DNA from: a virus
DNA length: 40,310 nt
IMG/VR virus record: IMGVR_UViG_3300043496_000020
Span: 1-40,310 of that record
Reading direction: 5' to 3' (one strand)
Part shown: positions 16,759-26,035 of the stretch, in pieces
Layout of the letters: every line of letters starts with the position of its first letter
How positions within the stretch are numbered: the first letter of the stretch is position 1
Made by a program: the position numbers and the translations under genes
The notes under the pieces: generated by a model
Database searches by the model: none
What the model was told of the DNA's origin: nothing
What the model saw: only the letters and a program-made list of their open reading frames with translations

Positions 16759-18506
16759 TGGCTGACACTATCCAGGACATCATGGCGCGCTATTCGAAGG
16801 TCCAGAAGACCGGCGAGGAAGGCGCCGGCGGCGCCAACAAGCTGCAACCATCTGGTGGCGGGCCGATGGATCTCGACACGATCCAGAAGAAATACGAGCA
16901 GCCGAGCACGATGTCGGACATCGGCCAGACGATCCTGGGCCTGCCGCGCACCGGCGCCGAGGCACTGTCGGGCATGGGCGGCAACATCTTCGACATGGAA
17001 TCCTATGTCGCGGGCAAGGTGATGGCACAGCTCGGCTACACGCCCGAGGAGATCGCCGCCAAGCAGGCCGAATGGGACAAGGACCGCTTGCTGCCAAACT
17101 CTGGCGAGGTGCGCCAGCAGAACACCGAGCTGCTGACCGAGGCGGGCCTGCCCCAGGGCATCGAGGAAGCCAGCCGCTACCAGCCAAAGACCCGTGGCGG
17201 CCAGATCGCCCAGACCGCCGGCCTGCTTGCACCCGGCTTGATCTCGGGCGGCGGCTCACTGCCCGCCAACCTGATCAGCCGCGTCGGCGTGCCGCTCGCC
17301 GGCATCGAGGGCGGCGCCGAGATCGGCAAGGCGATGGGCGACGAGACGCTCGGCCGGCTGATCGGCGGGCTCGGCTCGATGGCTGTGCCGGCGACGTGGA
17401 ACCGTGCCTCCAGGCCGTTCCCGGCCGAACCCGGCCGCCAGGATCTGGCTCGCATCCTGGACCGCGAAGGCGTGCCGATCAGCGCCGGTCAGGCGACCGG
17501 CAACGAGGCGCTGATATCCAGGGAAAACGCCGCAGGCGGCGTCCCTGCCTTGCAGGAGCAAGGACCGGCGTTCGACGCGGCGGCTGCCCGCACGCAGGGC
17601 GGCTTTCCTCCAGGCACCAACACGTTCAGCCGCGAGGCGATGAGCACCGAGCTCGACCGCATGGGAACCGAGTTCGATCGGATGGCGCGGATCTCCAACG
17701 CGCCGATGGACAACGCCCTGCTCAACCAAATGACCGACATCGTGGCACGCTACCGCGAGAACCCACTCGTTGGCGGTCGCGTCGAGCGCATCGTCAACGA
17801 CCTATTCGACAACTCGCAGCAACAGGGCGGCAGGATCACCGGCCGGGGCTACCAGCAAGCCAACAGCGAAATCGGCAGGATCATCCGCGAGACTGAAGAC
17901 AACGCCGAGCGCACGGCGATGGTCGATCTGAAGAATGCGCTCGACGACGCCGTCGAGCGCAATCTGCCACCGGCCGAGCAGGATTCCTGGCGCACTGTGC
18001 GGCAGCAATATCGCGACTATCTGCCGATCGAGAAGGCCAAGGCGCAATCCAGCCCGACGGCAGCCAGGGGTGTCATCACGCCGTCGGCGCTGCGCACCGG
18101 CATCAAGAGCGTCGAAGGCACCCGCGAGGTCGCCAGCGGCGATCGGCCGATGACGGAGCTCGCAGAAGCCGGCCAAGGCATCATGGAGCGGCAAGCCAAC
18201 CCTGCCAGCGCCCGATCGCTGCGCGAGGATCTCGGCCGGCAGATCAGTCAGGCATTGATGGGTGGCGCCGGTGTCAGTGGCGCCGCTGCGGTCTCAGGCA
18301 TGCCGCCGGTGCTGGCGGGCGGGCTCGGGCTCGCGGCAGGCGTCGGCACCGCCCTGTCGCAGCCGCTGCGCAATGCGTTCCTGCGCTCTGAGATCGGGCA
18401 GGCAATGGCACGCCGCCAGGGGCCGGTATTCCCGGCAGGAGCTCGAGCTGGGTTGGCGTCGATTATGGCTGCCGAGCAGGCTCGGCAAGATGGAGGGCCG
18501 CGCTGA
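16755..18506 (+). CDS. Internal virion / core protein (putative, 583 aa)
   Basis: Track ORF at a GTGATG junction (alternative ATG at 16758). It is one of the run of large proteins between the nozzle and fibre genes, as in T7-like core proteins. Confidence 0.5.
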   Translation: MMADTIQDIMARYSKVQKTGEEGAGGANKLQPSGGGPMDLDTIQKKYEQPSTMSDIGQTILGLPRTGAEALSGMGGNIFDMESYVAGKVMAQLGYTPEEIAAKQAEWDKDRLLPNSGEVRQQNTELLTEAGLPQGIEEASRYQPKTRGGQIAQTAGLLAPGLISGGGSLPANLISRVGVPLAGIEGGAEIGKAMGDETLGRLIGGLGSMAVPATWNRASRPFPAEPGRQDLARILDREGVPISAGQATGNEALISRENAAGGVPALQEQGPAFDAAAARTQGGFPPGTNTFSREAMSTELDRMGTEFDRMARISNAPMDNALLNQMTDIVARYRENPLVGGRVERIVNDLFDNSQQQGGRITGRGYQQANSEIGRIIRETEDNAERTAMVDLKNALDDAVERNLPPAEQDSWRTVRQQYRDYLPIEKAKAQSSPTAARGVITPSALRTGIKSVEGTREVASGDRPMTELAEAGQGIMERQANPASARSLREDLGRQISQALMGGAGVSGAAAVSGMPPVLAGGLGLAAGVGTALSQPLRNAFLRSEIGQAMARRQGPVFPAGARAGLASIMAAEQARQDGGPR

Positions 18507-19906
18507 TGGAACGCAAAGGCAGCAAAGACGACCTGGATCTCGGCAACGAGGTCGCCGGTATTGTCCGAGGCGGCGGGTTCGGCAAAGGCGGCCGGGTGCA
18601 GGATTCGCGCGGCACCGGCGGCGGCACCGCACTGAAGCTGCCGCGCAACGTGCCGGCGGGCAAGCGGGCTGCGCTCAAGCGCGCCGAGGCAGCCAAGAAG
18701 GTCCAGGTCGAGGAAAAGCCGGAACAGGCACCGGCGCCCAAGGGACACAACCAACCACCGCCAGAGGCGAAGGCGCCGCCAAAGGCGAAGGCGCCGGCAG
18801 AGGCGTCGAATTTCGCTCTGCCGAAACCGGCCAAGCCGCCCACCAAGGCTCAGCGCGAGCAGCAACAGCTCGATGAAGCGATGGCGCGCGTCCAGGAGTC
18901 CTTCGCGCCTTACGCGGGCGCCCAGCCGAACGTGCCGCAAGAGGTGTTCAAGCGCGCCGATGTCAGCGGTCAGGGGGTCGACCCGGTCATCCAGAGGGCG
19001 ATCAGCGATCCAGCCGTCAAGGAAAAGATGATGGCGGCGATCGAGCGCGGCAAGCCGTTGTCTGATTGGTACAACATGGAGCCGACGCGGCTGCTGTGGG
19101 GCGACATCTCTGGCAGTGAAGCTGTTGGCACGCACCGCTTCAACCGCATGCAGGACTTCATGGGGCCGACCAGCTCACAGTCGCCGGTGCTCACCAATGT
19201 CGGCAATGCCTCGCGGTGGCAATATCACGACACCACCGGCACACTGCCGTCCGAGACGCTCGCCAATCCCAAGGACAAGTCGTTCGCCACGCCGCCGCCT
19301 GTCGGCTATGGCAGCAAGGGTCAGGTGGGCCAATTCAAGGCGGCAATGCCGATCTTGCAAAGCGGCCAGCCGCTCGATCCGATCGACTACCCGAAAACCT
19401 CCCGTTATGCCGGCGCCTTGAAAGGCAACATAGCCAATCTGCCGGTCGATGCCCACGCCATGCGGGCGCCGTTGATGCATCTCGGCGATCCCCAGGGATT
19501 GAAGACCAGCGTCAAGCTCGACACGGACGCCAAGGCGTTCAACGCACAGAAGCGGTTCGAGGAGGAGGGCGGCAATATCTCCGATCTGCCGGTGACATGG
19601 TGGAAGGACGTGCCGCGCAACAGCGCCGACTATTATGCGATGGAGGACTATTACAAGATGCTGGCGATGGAATCCGGTTTGAAGCCGGCGCCAGGGCAGG
19701 CCGCGTCGTGGGTCGGCAATGCAGGCTTGACCAAGGTCAAGAGTGACCCGAGCATGACCGCACAGCAGTTGTTCCAGCTCCGCGTCGCCATGCAGGCACT
19801 CAAGCAGAATATGGACCCCCGCGATCTGCTGATACGGTTGATGACCGGCAAGGGCCACGTCGAGGCCGATGTCTCGGACGTTCCCGGCTACAGCACGACA
19901 GGTTAG
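18506..19906 (+). CDS. Internal virion / ejected protein with a Lys/Pro/Ala-rich N-terminal region (466 aa)
   Basis: Track ORF with TGATG coupling. The N-terminal 130 aa are basic and low-complexity (KAPPKAKAPAE). Confidence 0.5.
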   Translation: MERKGSKDDLDLGNEVAGIVRGGGFGKGGRVQDSRGTGGGTALKLPRNVPAGKRAALKRAEAAKKVQVEEKPEQAPAPKGHNQPPPEAKAPPKAKAPAEASNFALPKPAKPPTKAQREQQQLDEAMARVQESFAPYAGAQPNVPQEVFKRADVSGQGVDPVIQRAISDPAVKEKMMAAIERGKPLSDWYNMEPTRLLWGDISGSEAVGTHRFNRMQDFMGPTSSQSPVLTNVGNASRWQYHDTTGTLPSETLANPKDKSFATPPPVGYGSKGQVGQFKAAMPILQSGQPLDPIDYPKTSRYAGALKGNIANLPVDAHAMRAPLMHLGDPQGLKTSVKLDTDAKAFNAQKRFEEEGGNISDLPVTWWKDVPRNSADYYAMEDYYKMLAMESGLKPAPGQAASWVGNAGLTKVKSDPSMTAQQLFQLRVAMQALKQNMDPRDLLIRLMTGKGHVEADVSDVPGYSTTG

Positions 19907-19915
19907 GAGACGGCG

Positions 19916-21475
19916 ATGCCTTTTGACGGCTCTGGCAATTTCAATCGCGACCGTAGCTGGGTCGACGAGGCGAGCACCAACATCAAGATCCGCTCGGACA
20001 ATCACGATCGGCATGATGACGACATCGCCAACGGCCTGTCCAACTGCATCACCAAAAACGGTGCCTCGCAGCCGACCGCCGACATCCCGATGAACTCGCA
20101 TCGGCTGATCAACCTGGGGCAGCCGTCGCAGCCCCAGGACGCCGTCACCAAGAACTACGTCGACAATTTCCGCACCTTCACGACTTCGATCTTCATCAGC
20201 GGTTCCGACGCCAACGGTTACGTGACGTTCTCGTCGCTGACCGGCGCCAACGGCCTGAGCTGGACCGGCGCGGATCTGTCGTTCCTGGCGCGCAAGGCGA
20301 CGGCGAACGAATCGCTCAATCGGTGGGTCTTCAACAACGTCGCCAACGGCGCCCCCAGCCTGCTCACCGATGTGGTGGTCATCGACGAGGCCGGCCGCAT
20401 CAACAGCAGCAGCGGCGTGCTGACCAACAACCTGTCCTATGACGGCGACGAGTGGCGCACGATCGCACCCGGTTTCGGTGCTCTGCTCTTCTACGGCAGC
20501 GGCGGCGATCTGCGCCTGTCGTCCAACGATGTCGCGTCGATCACCAACCGCTACGTCTCCGTCGTGCTGCGCGAGTTTTTCACGGCGAAGAACGAGAGCG
20601 GCAATGCCGTCATCACACTCAGCAAGAGCCTGCCGATCAGTGGCGTGCAGAAATACAATGCGATCTGGGGCCAGCGCAACGGCCAGAACCGTTGGCTGAT
20701 CCAGCTCGGAAACAGCACCGCCGAAACGGCGACCGACAAGGTCGGCTCGGACTTTTCGATCCACAGCTATATCAATGCCGGCACGACGGCGTTCCAGGAA
20801 TTGCTCATCAATCGGCTGACGCATCTGGCGACGTTCGGCGGCGCCATCCAGGCGGTGACCGTCACCTCGAACCAGAATTTCGACAGCGTCTCGACGATCT
20901 GCATCCTGAGCGCCACGGCGGGCGGCTCGATCAGGCTGCGCCCCGACGGGCCGACCGCCAGTGGGGCATCGGAAACGATCTTCGACACGTCAGGCAATAT
21001 GCTCATTTCCGCCGGTGCGGCAGCCGCCACTGGCGGTCTGTATGGCGGCTGGGGCCTGCGCAACAAGGCCGGCTATGTCGGCGCCTACACCAGCAGCTCG
21101 TACTGGTTCAACACGGTCTGGAACGGCACGACGCTCGCCCTGTACGTCAACAGCAGCGTCGCCGCCAACGTGCCGCAAGCCTGCGACCACCGCATCAAGA
21201 AGGACATCGAGCCGCTGGCGTCGACCTGGGAGAAGATCAAGGCACTCAACCCGATCCGTTACACCCAGAAGGCATTTGAGATCTGGACCGAGGATGACAC
21301 GCCGCGGTGGGGGTTCCTGGCGCATGAGCTCCAGTCGCATCTGGTCGAGAGCGCGGCGTCAGGCATCAAGGACGGCCCCGAGGTGCAGAGCCCGAACCTG
21401 TTGGCGATCGTCGCCGGCCTGACCAGGGCGCTGCAAGAGGCGATGGCGCGCATCGAGGCGCTGGAGGCTGCATGA
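19916..21475 (+). CDS. Tail fibre/spike with a C-terminal S74-type intramolecular chaperone domain (Cys in place of the usual Ser)
   Basis: RBS aggag. The N-terminus MPFDGSGNFNR...DIANGLSNCITKNG...MNSHRLINLGQP..PQDAVTKNYVD is typical of fibre N-termini. The C-terminus reads ACDHRIKKDIEPL...NPIRY...WGFLAHEL. Confidence 0.75.
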   Translation: MPFDGSGNFNRDRSWVDEASTNIKIRSDNHDRHDDDIANGLSNCITKNGASQPTADIPMNSHRLINLGQPSQPQDAVTKNYVDNFRTFTTSIFISGSDANGYVTFSSLTGANGLSWTGADLSFLARKATANESLNRWVFNNVANGAPSLLTDVVVIDEAGRINSSSGVLTNNLSYDGDEWRTIAPGFGALLFYGSGGDLRLSSNDVASITNRYVSVVLREFFTAKNESGNAVITLSKSLPISGVQKYNAIWGQRNGQNRWLIQLGNSTAETATDKVGSDFSIHSYINAGTTAFQELLINRLTHLATFGGAIQAVTVTSNQNFDSVSTICILSATAGGSIRLRPDGPTASGASETIFDTSGNMLISAGAAAATGGLYGGWGLRNKAGYVGAYTSSSYWFNTVWNGTTLALYVNSSVAANVPQACDHRIKKDIEPLASTWEKIKALNPIRYTQKAFEIWTEDDTPRWGFLAHELQSHLVESAASGIKDGPEVQSPNLLAIVAGLTRALQEAMARIEALEAA

Positions 21476-22482
21476 GCACGACCACTGCCTTGATCTTCGT
21501 CAACCCGATCGAGCCGGCGCCGCTGTCGCTGCGCGTGCCGTCGGGCGTCGAGACGCGCCTCGAGCTGTCGTTCTTCGACCAGCTCGGCGACGCCATCAAC
21601 ACCGATCTCCTGGCACAGCTCGAGCTGACCGCCCGATCGAGCGGTGCGGTGGCACTGTATGCCGTGCCGACCACAGACGTGGTCAATGGCCGCGCCAGGG
21701 CGATCCTGCCGCCCTACAGCGTGACGGACGGCAACGGCTACATCCTGCGCCTCTACGGCACCGTGAAGCAGCAACTGATGCTGTTGGCGACCGGCGTCGT
21801 CGATGTCACCCCGGCGATCGGGCCGACCAGTGCGCCGGTCGACGTGATCGATTCCATCGATCTCACCTTCACCCGCGACCAGGACGCCGTACTCAACATC
21901 GCCATCTGGGTCGACGCCACCGGCACGATCGAGGCCAGCATCGGCACATCGACGATATCGGCGGTCGTGCAGGACAGCCAGGGTGGCGGCATCCTGGCGC
22001 GCTTCACCGTCACGCCGGTCGACGACAACGAGGTGCAACTGACGCTGCCTGCCGCCACGGTCAACACGCTGCCCGATGTCTGTTGGTGGTCGATGGCGGC
22101 GTCGAGCTCGGCGGGCATGCAGACGCTGGCCGAGGGCCGCGTCTTCGTCAGCGGCACGATCGAGCTGCCGCTGCCGGTGACGATCGACAACTGGGAGTAT
22201 TTGAAGCCGGCGACCAACGACAACCCGACGATCGGCCAGATCGTTCACCCCAGCATCGCGCAGGGAACGCTGAAGATCTCGACGCAGTCGCAGCCTGGAA
22301 CCGACCAGACGGCACTGCTCACGGATCTCGAGGCAGGCGACCGCATCACCATCGGCGCCACCACCTGGGCGGTGCGCTTCACGCTCTACAATCCGCTCGG
22401 TTGGTTCGAGGTCGTCATTGCGCCGGTCGCCCAGGACGCCGTGACCGGCATCACCCCGGTGAAGTTCGAGCCGCCAGCATGA
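21472..22482 (+). CDS. Tail-associated protein of unknown function (336 aa)
   Basis: Track ORF, ATGA-coupled on both sides between the two fibre genes. Confidence 0.5.
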   Translation: MSTTTALIFVNPIEPAPLSLRVPSGVETRLELSFFDQLGDAINTDLLAQLELTARSSGAVALYAVPTTDVVNGRARAILPPYSVTDGNGYILRLYGTVKQQLMLLATGVVDVTPAIGPTSAPVDVIDSIDLTFTRDQDAVLNIAIWVDATGTIEASIGTSTISAVVQDSQGGGILARFTVTPVDDNEVQLTLPAATVNTLPDVCWWSMAASSSAGMQTLAEGRVFVSGTIELPLPVTIDNWEYLKPATNDNPTIGQIVHPSIAQGTLKISTQSQPGTDQTALLTDLEAGDRITIGATTWAVRFTLYNPLGWFEVVIAPVAQDAVTGITPVKFEPPA

Positions 22483-24458
22483 CCAAGGTCACTGTCACCC
22501 ACCCAGGCACTACGGTCGTCAAAGATGTCGTCGCACTGACGCGGCAGCCGATGTCACCCCCTGGCGGTCTGCCGCCCAATGTCGGGCTGGTCGCCATCAG
22601 CCAGTCGATGCCCACAGAGCTGATCCCAGGGCCGCCAGGGCCGAGGGGGCCGGTCGGGCCGGCCGGCGCCGACAGCACTGTGCCAGGGCCTCAGGGGCCG
22701 CAGGGCGAGACCGGCGAGACGGGTGCCGACAGCACGGTGCCAGGGCCGCAGGGGCCGACCGGCGCCACCGGCGCCACCGGCGCCACCGGGCCGGCCAGCA
22801 CGGTGCCAGGACCGCCAGGAGCACAAGGGCCGCAAGGTCTGAAGGGCGACACCGGCGACACCGGGCCGAAAGGCGACAAGGGTGACAAGGGCGACACCGG
22901 GGCCAGCGGCGCCAGTGCCTGGACGGACATCACCGGCAAGCCGGCGACGTTCCCGCCAGATCCGCACCAGCACCCCTTCACCGCGATCACCGGCACCCTG
23001 ACCGACGCCCAGCACGGGCTGCGCGGCAATCTCGGCATGCATGCGCTGGCGACGACATCGGTGCCGGGTTTCATGCTCGACGCCACCAACGACGGCAAGC
23101 CTTACGTCCGCAAGTCAGCGGCTTGGTACGACCTGACCGCCGACCTCGCCGGGAAGGTCGACAAGGCTGGCGACACCATGACCGGCGCGCTGGCCATCGC
23201 GCCCCCGACAGGCACGCCGCGCCTCGATCTGAGGTCGACCGCCGCCGTTGGCACGCTGATCTACATGGACAAGGCTGGCGGCAGCAACGACATCTATGGC
23301 GCGCATGCGGGCAAGTCCCGCTGGATCGTGCGGCTGGGCGACAGCGCCGCCGAGAGCGGCGGCGACGCTGGCACCAATTTCTACATCTACAAGTACGCCG
23401 ACGACGGCTCCACCGTGTCGACGGCGCTGTATATCAATCGCTCCAATCTGGCGGCGACGTTCGGCGGCGTCGCGATCTATGTCGGAAAGCTGGCCCTCGC
23501 CGCCAACGCCAGCATCTACAACACCACCGCCAATGACGCAGTCCAGCTATCGGGCGGCAACGGCACCAGCGTCGGAGCCTCGCTCGCCCTATTCGGCGCG
23601 ACGCACGCCACACTGCCCAACCGCGCCTATTTCGACGCCGCCATACACTATTGGAGGAGCGAAGGCGCGGCTGGCACCGTACTGCAATATACCCCCTCCA
23701 GCGGGTATCTGGTCGGGGCTGTCATGGTCACCGCTAGTGCGTTCACCTCGACGGGCAACAACTACTACGGGTCGGCGACGGCGTGGGCGGCAGGCCCGAA
23801 CGGCAACGGCACCGTCTACCTCCGCAACAACATCGGCGTCGGCACCGGGCTGACCCTGACGGCGAGCGTTATCGACTGGAGCAACGTGCTGCTTCAGGTC
23901 AACAACGCCCCGGCGGCGGGCGTGAACGGTGTCGCTTTGAACACCTATTACCTCAGGACATCGAACGCCCTCACCGCGTCTACCGCTTCTGCCGTCTTTA
24001 TGAACAACAACGGCCAAGTCGGCAGCATTACCACCAATGCCTCTGCGACCACGTTCAACACCACCTCCGACGAGACGCTGAAGGAGTTCAGGTCCAACTA
24101 CGATCCGCAGGAAGCCATCGCCATCATCCGCGCCGACCCGGTGCTTGGCTTCACATGGAAGGCGACCGGCGAGGAGGCCATCGGCTGGTTCGCGCAGCGC
24201 TCCTACGCGGTCGATCCGAACCTCGCGTCGCCGCCCGACATGAACTTGCCGGTCGGCAGGAGCATCGAGCGCCTCGACGACACCAGCATCGAGCCGAAGG
24301 TCACGGACATGCCTCCCGATCCGCAGTTGTGGGGCATCGACTACGGCAGGCGCACGCCGTACCTTTGGGCAGCTCTGACGTGGGCGCTCGACGAGATCGA
24401 GATCCTCAAGGAGCAGATGCAGACGCTCCTCGACCCAACCGCAAGGAAAGCACCATGA
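22479..24458 (+). CDS. Collagen-like tail fibre with a C-terminal S74-type chaperone domain
   Basis: Gly-X-Y repeats span roughly nt 22626-22917 (GPPGPRGPVGPAG...GDKGDKGDTGASG). The C-terminus reads TSDETLKEF...DPVLGFTWK...IGWFAQ. This is an internal ATG in track ORF 22083..24458. Confidence 0.8.
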   Translation: MTKVTVTHPGTTVVKDVVALTRQPMSPPGGLPPNVGLVAISQSMPTELIPGPPGPRGPVGPAGADSTVPGPQGPQGETGETGADSTVPGPQGPTGATGATGATGPASTVPGPPGAQGPQGLKGDTGDTGPKGDKGDKGDTGASGASAWTDITGKPATFPPDPHQHPFTAITGTLTDAQHGLRGNLGMHALATTSVPGFMLDATNDGKPYVRKSAAWYDLTADLAGKVDKAGDTMTGALAIAPPTGTPRLDLRSTAAVGTLIYMDKAGGSNDIYGAHAGKSRWIVRLGDSAAESGGDAGTNFYIYKYADDGSTVSTALYINRSNLAATFGGVAIYVGKLALAANASIYNTTANDAVQLSGGNGTSVGASLALFGATHATLPNRAYFDAAIHYWRSEGAAGTVLQYTPSSGYLVGAVMVTASAFTSTGNNYYGSATAWAAGPNGNGTVYLRNNIGVGTGLTLTASVIDWSNVLLQVNNAPAAGVNGVALNTYYLRTSNALTASTASAVFMNNNGQVGSITTNASATTFNTTSDETLKEFRSNYDPQEAIAIIRADPVLGFTWKATGEEAIGWFAQRSYAVDPNLASPPDMNLPVGRSIERLDDTSIEPKVTDMPPDPQLWGIDYGRRTPYLWAALTWALDEIEILKEQMQTLLDPTARKAP

Positions 24459-24655
24459 ACACCCAGGAATTCATCGACAAGAATCTGCGACTGGCGCTCG
24501 GCAACATGCACGTCGAGCTGATCCTGGCGCAGGCGAGGATCACCGAGCTCGAGGCACTGCTAGCAGAAGCCGCCCAGGCTCAGCAGGAAACAGCGCCGGC
24601 GCTCAACGGCAGCGGCAAGCCGAACGGCAAGCGGCCGGCCGATGCGCCCGCATAA
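24455..24655 (+). CDS. Small coiled-coil protein (66 aa)
   Basis: ATGA coupling to the fibre gene. Product is MNTQEFIDKNLRLALGNMHVELILAQARITELEALL.... Confidence 0.5.
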   Translation: MNTQEFIDKNLRLALGNMHVELILAQARITELEALLAEAAQAQQETAPALNGSGKPNGKRPADAPA

Positions 24656-24666
24656 GGAGAACCGGC

Positions 24667-24858
24667 ATGGTCGAGATCCTCGTCACGCTGCTGGTCATTT
24701 GCATCCTGGTGTCGCTGATCTGGTGGGTCTGCGACACGCTGCCCGTGCCGCCGCCGCTCAACAAGCTGCTCAAGATCGTTTCGGTGGTCATAGCCTGCGT
24801 GATCGTGATCTACGCCCTGCTCGGCCTGGGCGGCATGTCACTGCCAGCACTGCGATGA
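24667..24858 (+). CDS. Holin-like protein (63 aa, two TM helices)
   Basis: RBS aaggag. TM helices are VEILVTLLVICILVSLIWWV and LLKIVSVVIACVIVIYALLGLGG. Confidence 0.5.
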   Translation: MVEILVTLLVICILVSLIWWVCDTLPVPPPLNKLLKIVSVVIACVIVIYALLGLGGMSLPALR

Positions 24859-24986
24859 TCAACCTCCTGATGGTCATCTTCATCGTGACCGCCCAGATGG
24901 CGCTCGACGCGCCGATCGGCTTCTGGATCTCGGTGGGTGCCTTCCTGGCGGTGCTGCCGATCGGCGTCTGGTTGACGCGGGCATGA
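24855..24986 (+). CDS. Small membrane protein (43 aa, two hydrophobic segments)
   Basis: ATGA coupling. Product is MINLLMVIFIVTAQMALDAPIGFWISVGAFLAVLPIGVWLTRA. Confidence 0.4.
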   Translation: MINLLMVIFIVTAQMALDAPIGFWISVGAFLAVLPIGVWLTRA

Positions 24987-25183
24987 GCGGCGCCGCCGAC
25001 AACGTCCTGCACAGCCTGCGCGTCGACTGGTCCGTCGCCAACCGCAAGCTGGCCGACATGGTCAATCACGCCGCCCGCACCAAGACCGGCCTGCCCGACG
25101 GCTATTGGCATGAGGAGCACGACGCTCGACTGAAGCTCAGGATCGCCGAGGCGATCGCCGAGGAGACGAGGGCTCTGGAATGA
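24983..25183 (+). CDS. Small soluble protein (66 aa)
   Basis: Track ORF with ATGA coupling. Confidence 0.45.
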   Translation: MSGAADNVLHSLRVDWSVANRKLADMVNHAARTKTGLPDGYWHEEHDARLKLRIAEAIAEETRALE

Positions 25184-25359
25184 TCGACCGCATCGCCAAC
25201 ACCATCGGCGAGCTGAAAAGCTCACCCGCCCTGCTGGCGATCGTCATCCTCCAGGCTGCCACCCTGGCGGTCATCTACCTGACGGCATCGGGCAATGCCG
25301 AGCGCGTCCATGAGCGCGAGCTGGCACTGATCGAAGCATGCAAGGAGAGGGCTCCGTGA
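25180..25359 (+). CDS. Small single-pass membrane protein (59 aa), i-spanin-like in position only
   Basis: Not in the track (under 60 aa). ATGA coupling. Product is MIDRIANTIGELKSSPALLAIVILQAATLAVIYLTASGNAERVHERELALIEACKERAP*. Confidence 0.4.
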   Translation: MIDRIANTIGELKSSPALLAIVILQAATLAVIYLTASGNAERVHERELALIEACKERAP

Positions 25360-25628
25360 TGTCACCTGAGCGAGCTGGTGGGCTGCTGTTGACGATCATC
25401 GTGCTGATCATCATCGCGTTCCTGGTCTGGGGTTGTCAGGCAACAAAGAGCCAAGCGACCGGCATAGACAGCACTGTGCTGCGTCAAGTCAGTGCCACCG
25501 ACGAGGCACGGCTCAACATCTCCGACGGCAGCCTCTACCAACCGGCGTTCCGCCTGCTCGAGGACCGCGGCCGCTTGCGGCTGATCGTGCAAGACCCGCT
25601 CACCCACCATTACGTGCTGGTGCGATAG
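25359..25628 (+). CDS. Putative lipoprotein (89 aa), o-spanin-like in position
   Basis: TGATG coupling. The signal-like N-terminus is LLLTIIVLIIIAFLVWG-C, with a near-lipobox VWGC. Confidence 0.4.
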   Translation: MSPERAGGLLLTIIVLIIIAFLVWGCQATKSQATGIDSTVLRQVSATDEARLNISDGSLYQPAFRLLEDRGRLRLIVQDPLTHHYVLVR

Positions 25629-25831
25629 ATTGTTGCGCGAAAGCGGCTCCAAACGACAGATTATTAGTAGGCTCTAAATCGGCCAGGGAAAGGCGCCAGT
25701 TCGGTTGCAAAAGGCCCGTGGTGCATTTCACCTGGGAGGCTCCGAAACGCTGTACGGTGCCTCCCTGGCCTGGGAAACCGCTAGAAATTTATACCCTGCA
25801 CGCCATAGCCCGCAAGATGTTCAGCCCCATG

Positions 25832-25843
25832 CACTGTACAGTG
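25832..25843. promoter_or_regulatory. Perfect 12-bp palindrome CACTGTACAGTG in the lysis/replication intergenic region
   Basis: Seen in sequence; function unknown. Confidence 0.3.
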
Positions 25844-25912
25844 GCAGCATAGATGCAGCCGTCAAAACCGCAGGAAACGTGGGTTCCGCAATGTCGAAAT
25901 TCGGCATTAGAG

Positions 25913-25929
25913 TGTTGCCAGTGGCAACG
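25913..25929. promoter_or_regulatory. Operator-type palindrome TGTTGCC-AGT-GGCAACG (site 1 of 4)
   Basis: Perfect inverted half-sites GTTGCC/GGCAAC with a 3-nt spacer. The same motif occurs at 36677 and 38243 and, with one mismatch, at 36198. Confidence 0.6.
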
Positions 25930-26005
25930 GCACAGTAGAGAAAAGCACATCCAACCAGTATTCGCCTTGCAACCCAGCCGCAGCCGACACAACCCCAGAT
26001 AGGGA

Positions 26006-26035
26006 TTGACAGCGGCAACACCGGAATCGTAGCGT
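26006..26035 (+). promoter_or_regulatory. Sigma70-type promoter for the replication operon; predicted transcript start at or next to the rusA ATG (leaderless)
   Basis: TTGACA (26006-26011), an 18-nt spacer, then TAGCGT (26030-26035). ATG 26041 lies 5 nt after the -10 element, and there is no Shine-Dalgarno sequence. Confidence 0.45.

Noticed and set aside
25681-25770. A 90-nt segment with a 7-bp acceptor-like stem, considered as a long-arm tRNA
   Set aside because: No 5-bp T-stem with a 7-nt T-loop can be drawn (the only candidate stem leaves an 18-nt loop). There is no GTTCRA-type T-loop or D-arm.
25832-25843. CACTGTACAGTG considered as a LexA/SOS box
   Set aside because: The gammaproteobacterial box is CTGT-N8-ACAG and the alphaproteobacterial box is a GTTC/GAAC direct repeat. 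Here the half-sites abut, so the palindrome is kept only as a feature of unknown function.
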